Assembly (NCBI GenBank): GCA_050239825.1
Contig: JBFXGO010000009.1
Coordinates: 1-61,321 of the forward strand
DNA length: 61,321 bases
Direction of reading: 5' to 3'
From: a bacterium
Lineage (GTDB): Bacteria; Hydrothermota; 32-111
How positions within the stretch are numbered: position 1 is the stretch's first letter; the number at the start of each line of letters is the position of its first letter. Shown here piece by piece: positions 58,048-61,321 of this stretch. A program made the translations under genes and the position numbers. The notes under the pieces are model-generated. The model made no database searches. It was given only the letters and a program-made list of their open reading frames with translations, and was not told where the DNA came from.

Positions 58048-59223
58048 CTACTCTCTGACCGTGATGTATTTCACATCAGGTCCTGTTTCTTTTGACATTG
58101 AGAACTCTTTAATGTCTTTCAATGTATTTTCAATGTCTCCAAGTGTTATGTCTCTCCCTCCAAGTCCGTAGATGTAGTCTCTCATCGGAGGCTGTTTTAC
58201 ATTTCTGTAGAAAGCAGATTTAAGTTCATTGAACAGATGGCCACCTGTGGATGACATCATGTCGCTCCTGTCAAGAACCGCAACTCCCTTGGCATTTTCA
58301 AGAATTGCCACCATCTCGGGAGCAAAAAACGGACGGAATACGCGGGGTTTGACAACTCCTACTTTTTCGCCTTTCTCGCGGAGCTTTTCACAGATATATC
58401 TTGCGCTTCCGGCAGTCGAACCGAGAGCAACGATTACATACTCGGCATCATCCATAAAATATTTTTCTACGACATTGTAATTCTTATTCATTTTTCTGTT
58501 AAACTCGGCAAAAGAGTTTATAATGTGCTCCTTCGCCTTCATCATATCATCGGCCATCTTTGTTCTTATCTCCATGTAATAATCCTGAAGCACTATTGAA
58601 CCGACTGTCATAGGTTTGTCGACATCAAGAATATTGTAGGGTGTTTTATGCTCGCCTATGTATTCCTGAACTTCTTTGTCTGTGTACATTTCAAGGCGCG
58701 ACATCGCGTGTGAGATAATGAATCCGTCCGTGGTGACCATAACCGGGAAAAAAGTTTCTTCAGAGAGTTTCATTGCAAGAATCGTCTGGTCATATGCTTC
58801 CTGAGGGTCCTCGGAGAAAATCTGAATCCAACCCGCATCCCTTGACGCCATTGTGTCAGAGTGGTCGCAGTGGATGTTTATAGGAGCGGATAAAGCTCTG
58901 TTCACTTCACAAATAACCATAGGAAGGCGAAGGCCTGCTGCTATGAAGAGTATCTCATGCATCAGAGCAAGACCCTGTGAGGATGTTCCCGTCATCACTC
59001 TTGCACCGGCAGCGGCGGCTCCCACGCATGCGGAAATCGCTGAATGCTCGGATTCCGTCGGCACAAATATTGTGTCGACTTTGCCGTCAGAGACAAAACT
59101 TGAAAATATCTGCACTATTTCAGTGGCAGGAGTTATCGGGTAGGCGGCAACCACATCGGGATTTATCTGCCTCATCGCCTCTGCCATTGCTTCGTTGCCT
59201 GTTTTTGCTGTTATATTTGACAT
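58048..59223 (-). CDS. porA: Pyruvate:ferredoxin oxidoreductase alpha subunit
   Basis: AAYPITP, ESEHSA, TSSQG and YGLGGRD; start ATG 59223 after GGAGG. Confidence 0.93.
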   Translation of the reverse strand: MSNITAKTGNEAMAEAMRQINPDVVAAYPITPATEIVQIFSSFVSDGKVDTIFVPTESEHSAISACVGAAAAGARVMTGTSSQGLALMHEILFIAAGLRLPMVICEVNRALSAPINIHCDHSDTMASRDAGWIQIFSEDPQEAYDQTILAMKLSEETFFPVMVTTDGFIISHAMSRLEMYTDKEVQEYIGEHKTPYNILDVDKPMTVGSIVLQDYYMEIRTKMADDMMKAKEHIINSFAEFNRKMNKNYNVVEKYFMDDAEYVIVALGSTAGSARYICEKLREKGEKVGVVKPRVFRPFFAPEMVAILENAKGVAVLDRSDMMSSTGGHLFNELKSAFYRNVKQPPMRDYIYGLGGRDITLGDIENTLKDIKEFSMSKETGPDVKYITVRE

Positions 59224-59235
59224 TTGTTCCTCCAA

Positions 59236-59514
59236 CTACTTCTTTTCATCTTCCATTTCAATCGCCTTGAAGGGACACTCTTTGGCACAGATGCCGCAGC
59301 CCTTGCAATGCTCATAGTCGATTTCTGTCATCTTTCCGTCATTGACAATGATTGATGAATCGGGACAGAACAGCCAGCAGATAAGGCACTGCTTGCATTT
59401 TTCGCTGTTCCAATTGGGTTTTGAACTGCGCCAATCTCCTGTCTTGAAATCCTGCGCTGTTCCGCCCTTCTTTACCACAAGGGCGAAATCAAGGTCATTC
59501 CATTTCTTTTTCAT
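59236..59514 (-). CDS. porD: Pyruvate:ferredoxin oxidoreductase delta subunit (2x 4Fe-4S)
   Basis: TGDWR, CKQCLICWLFCP and CKGCGICAKECP. Confidence 0.93.
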   Translation of the reverse strand: MKKKWNDLDFALVVKKGGTAQDFKTGDWRSSKPNWNSEKCKQCLICWLFCPDSSIIVNDGKMTEIDYEHCKGCGICAKECPFKAIEMEDEKK

Positions 59515-60092
59515 TCTGCGATTACCTCCTGAAAAGCCCTTTTTATTGATTTGATGTTCCCCTCAATCAATTCGGGTTTGCTCTTGAACTTCTTCCTGAG
59601 CTTGTCTTCAGTGTCGGTGAGCATTTTGTCAAAGTCAAGTATTCCCGTCGCTTTTACGAGAGCACCAAACATGGGCGTATTCGGTTTGTTGGAACCAATC
59701 TCATCCACAGAGATTTTCGAGGCATCCACAGTGAATATTTTTATTTGTTTTTTCACTTTATACGCATCACGTATCTCGCTTGGTTTTTTGACAGTATTGA
59801 TAATGAGAACGCCCCCGTCGGTAAGCCCTTCGGTTGTATCAACAGAGTTCATTAGGGACTGGTCGAGAATAACCACTACATCCGGATTCTCCACAGGAGA
59901 ATGAACGGTTATCTCTCTGTCCGCGAGTCTGTTGAATGATTGTACCGGAGCGCCCATTCTTTCGGGTCCGTATTCAGGAAATGCCTGAATGTACTTTCCT
60001 GTGGCGAGAGCCGCATCGGCAAATAACAGAGCGACTGTCTTTGCGCCCTGACCGCCTCTGCCGTGCCATCTGATTTCAAAAAAGTCCTTCAT
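59511..60092 (-). CDS. porC: Pyruvate:ferredoxin oxidoreductase gamma subunit
   Basis: HGRGGQG, FPEYGPERMGAP and PNTPMFGA. Confidence 0.93.
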   Translation of the reverse strand: MKDFFEIRWHGRGGQGAKTVALLFADAALATGKYIQAFPEYGPERMGAPVQSFNRLADREITVHSPVENPDVVVILDQSLMNSVDTTEGLTDGGVLIINTVKKPSEIRDAYKVKKQIKIFTVDASKISVDEIGSNKPNTPMFGALVKATGILDFDKMLTDTEDKLRKKFKSKPELIEGNIKSIKRAFQEVIAE

Positions 60093-60119
60093 TTAGCCTC
60101 CAAATTACATAGATATGAT

Positions 60120-60147
60120 ATTATAAAATAAAATAATATTAAGTCAA
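60120..60147 (-). promoter_or_regulatory. Sigma70-type promoter of the por operon
   Basis: TTGACT-16-TATAAT, followed by RBS GGAGG. Confidence 0.7.
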
Positions 60148-60199
60148 GCGAAAATTGCATATACGGAAAAGAGTGGAACCAAACAATGCTTTCTGTAAC

Positions 60200-60682
60200 T
60201 TATGATTTCAGCAGAGATGCTATCTTTTCAGCTTTAATCTTCATCTCAGTTTTATAATCATGCCAAGCAATATTTATTATGCCTCCTTCAAGCACTTCTG
60301 CGCCCGATTTTTTTGCCTCATTTGACATCATTCTGATGGCATTTGTTCCTCCCAAAAAAGGAAACGGTAAATGCTGTGTTACAAATGGAATGAATTTCCT
60401 GCCTTTCAATGATTTCAAATCCCTGATGCATTTCATTACTGCCGCATTTGCAGAAAATGCCATAACCGGTCCACCCAGAAGAACATAATCATACCCTTCA
60501 ACTTCGGGCAAATTGATTATATTCAAAACCTGTTTTGAAGGATTGTAATTTCTCATAGGTGCATCCGTCTCAATCTGCGTTATGCCGCATTCTAAGCCCT
60601 TCTTCTCAATAGCTTTTTTTATCTCCTCTGCAAAGAGTTTCGTATTTCCTGTTTCAGAATGGACGATTATCAATGTTTTCAT
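60200..60682 (-). CDS. Flavodoxin family protein
   Basis: HSETGNT FMN loop and YDYVLLGGPV. Confidence 0.85.
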   Translation of the reverse strand: MKTLIIVHSETGNTKLFAEEIKKAIEKKGLECGITQIETDAPMRNYNPSKQVLNIINLPEVEGYDYVLLGGPVMAFSANAAVMKCIRDLKSLKGRKFIPFVTQHLPFPFLGGTNAIRMMSNEAKKSGAEVLEGGIINIAWHDYKTEMKIKAEKIASLLKS

Positions 60683-60705
60683 CTTCTTCTCCTTTTTTTC
60701 GAATC

Positions 60706-61321
60706 TTATTTAATTAATACAATCTTCCCTTTGTATTGGCTTGATTTTGTATTCAATCTGTAGAAGTACACACCGCCTGTCAGTTCATTCGCATTTAAGC
60801 TTAGCTCATTATATCCGTTTTTTAAATCTTTAAAAGTCTCTTTCTTAATTTTCCTGCCTGTCACATCATATATCTCCATCTCAAGATTTCCGCCGCAGTC
60901 TCCTTCTATTGTCATCTCTATCAGACCTTTGCTCATTGTCTTTATCTTCACATTCTCTTTTATTCCCTTCTTCTCTGTAATCATTTTAACTATGGCGCTT
61001 CCGAGTATTGACACATTTGTCACTTCATCATACTTCCGTATCTCCATCTCTGCAACCCTGTTTGGATTACCCTTTACCCTGTCAAGTGTTATCAATATCG
61101 TGTTGTCCGACTTCATATCCTCTGTCAGATAAACCTCTGCCGTTTCCTCCTCTTTATCTATCGTATCAACAGCTATTCCGTCTATCATCAAAAGATATGG
61201 GTAGTTCTTGTTCGGGTTGGTTGTTATCACTGTCAGTTTGTATTCCTTATCCGACTCTATCTCGCCAACCTCCATTGACAATCTCTCTATCTTCTCCCTT
61301 CCGTTATTGATTATATCTCTT
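60706..61321 (-). CDS. C-terminal part of a T9SS type A sorting domain protein (partial)
   Basis: IYDVTGR...LTGGVYFYRL...KIVLIK; the frame is open to the window end. Confidence 0.85.
   Translation of the reverse strand, partial: RDIINNGREKIERLSMEVGEIESDKEYKLTVITTNPNKNYPYLLMIDGIAVDTIDKEEETAEVYLTEDMKSDNTILITLDRVKGNPNRVAEMEIRKYDEVTNVSILGSAIVKMITEKKGIKENVKIKTMSKGLIEMTIEGDCGGNLEMEIYDVTGRKIKKETFKDLKNGYNELSLNANELTGGVYFYRLNTKSSQYKGKIVLIK

Noticed and set aside
57118..60092. porCDAB operon as a novelty
   Set aside because: It is the standard four-subunit arrangement of anaerobes.

Overview
A 61.3-kb chromosomal window from an AT-rich, anaerobic, two-membrane bacterium. T9SS-type C-terminal domains, C25/PorU, PorV, GWxTD proteins and MglAB point to an FCB-related candidate lineage such as WOR-3/TA06 (inference). 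The first ~4 kb is a foreign-looking island: an IS630 end interrupts a PD-(D/E)xK nuclease gene that is coupled to a PHP-ABC ATPase (Ppl/TrlF type) with degenerate PHP metal ligands, followed by a palindrome-rich, att-like boundary. The 7.6-14.6 kb region is a decaying accessory zone with a mini-IS3, a mini-IS256, pseudogenes and short repeats. After it come a tightly coupled minus-strand run (secreted protein-porU-like-porV-like-holA-zinc ribbon-wzx-GT2-wzy), a second C25 protease, a GH3 enzyme and a class III ribonucleotide reductase. That reductase is split: its glycyl-radical loop lies in a separate 55-aa ORF missed by the ORF track. Next are a cobalamin riboswitch with btuB/btuG-like genes, a RAYT transposase inside perfect 25-bp inverted repeats, a 12-kb operon (dapB-dapL-lysC-asd-2xGWxTD-nadB-hpf-hprK-EIIA-EIIB-MCP), mglBA and porCDAB. 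The strongest leads are the split NrdD, a dispersed family of RAYT-like end motifs (short tandem repeat plus GTCCCC), the nuclease plus pseudo-PHP ATPase pair, the sortase-glycan operon and widespread leaderless promoters. No rRNA, tRNA or CRISPR array was found. All calls are by eye; no searches were run.
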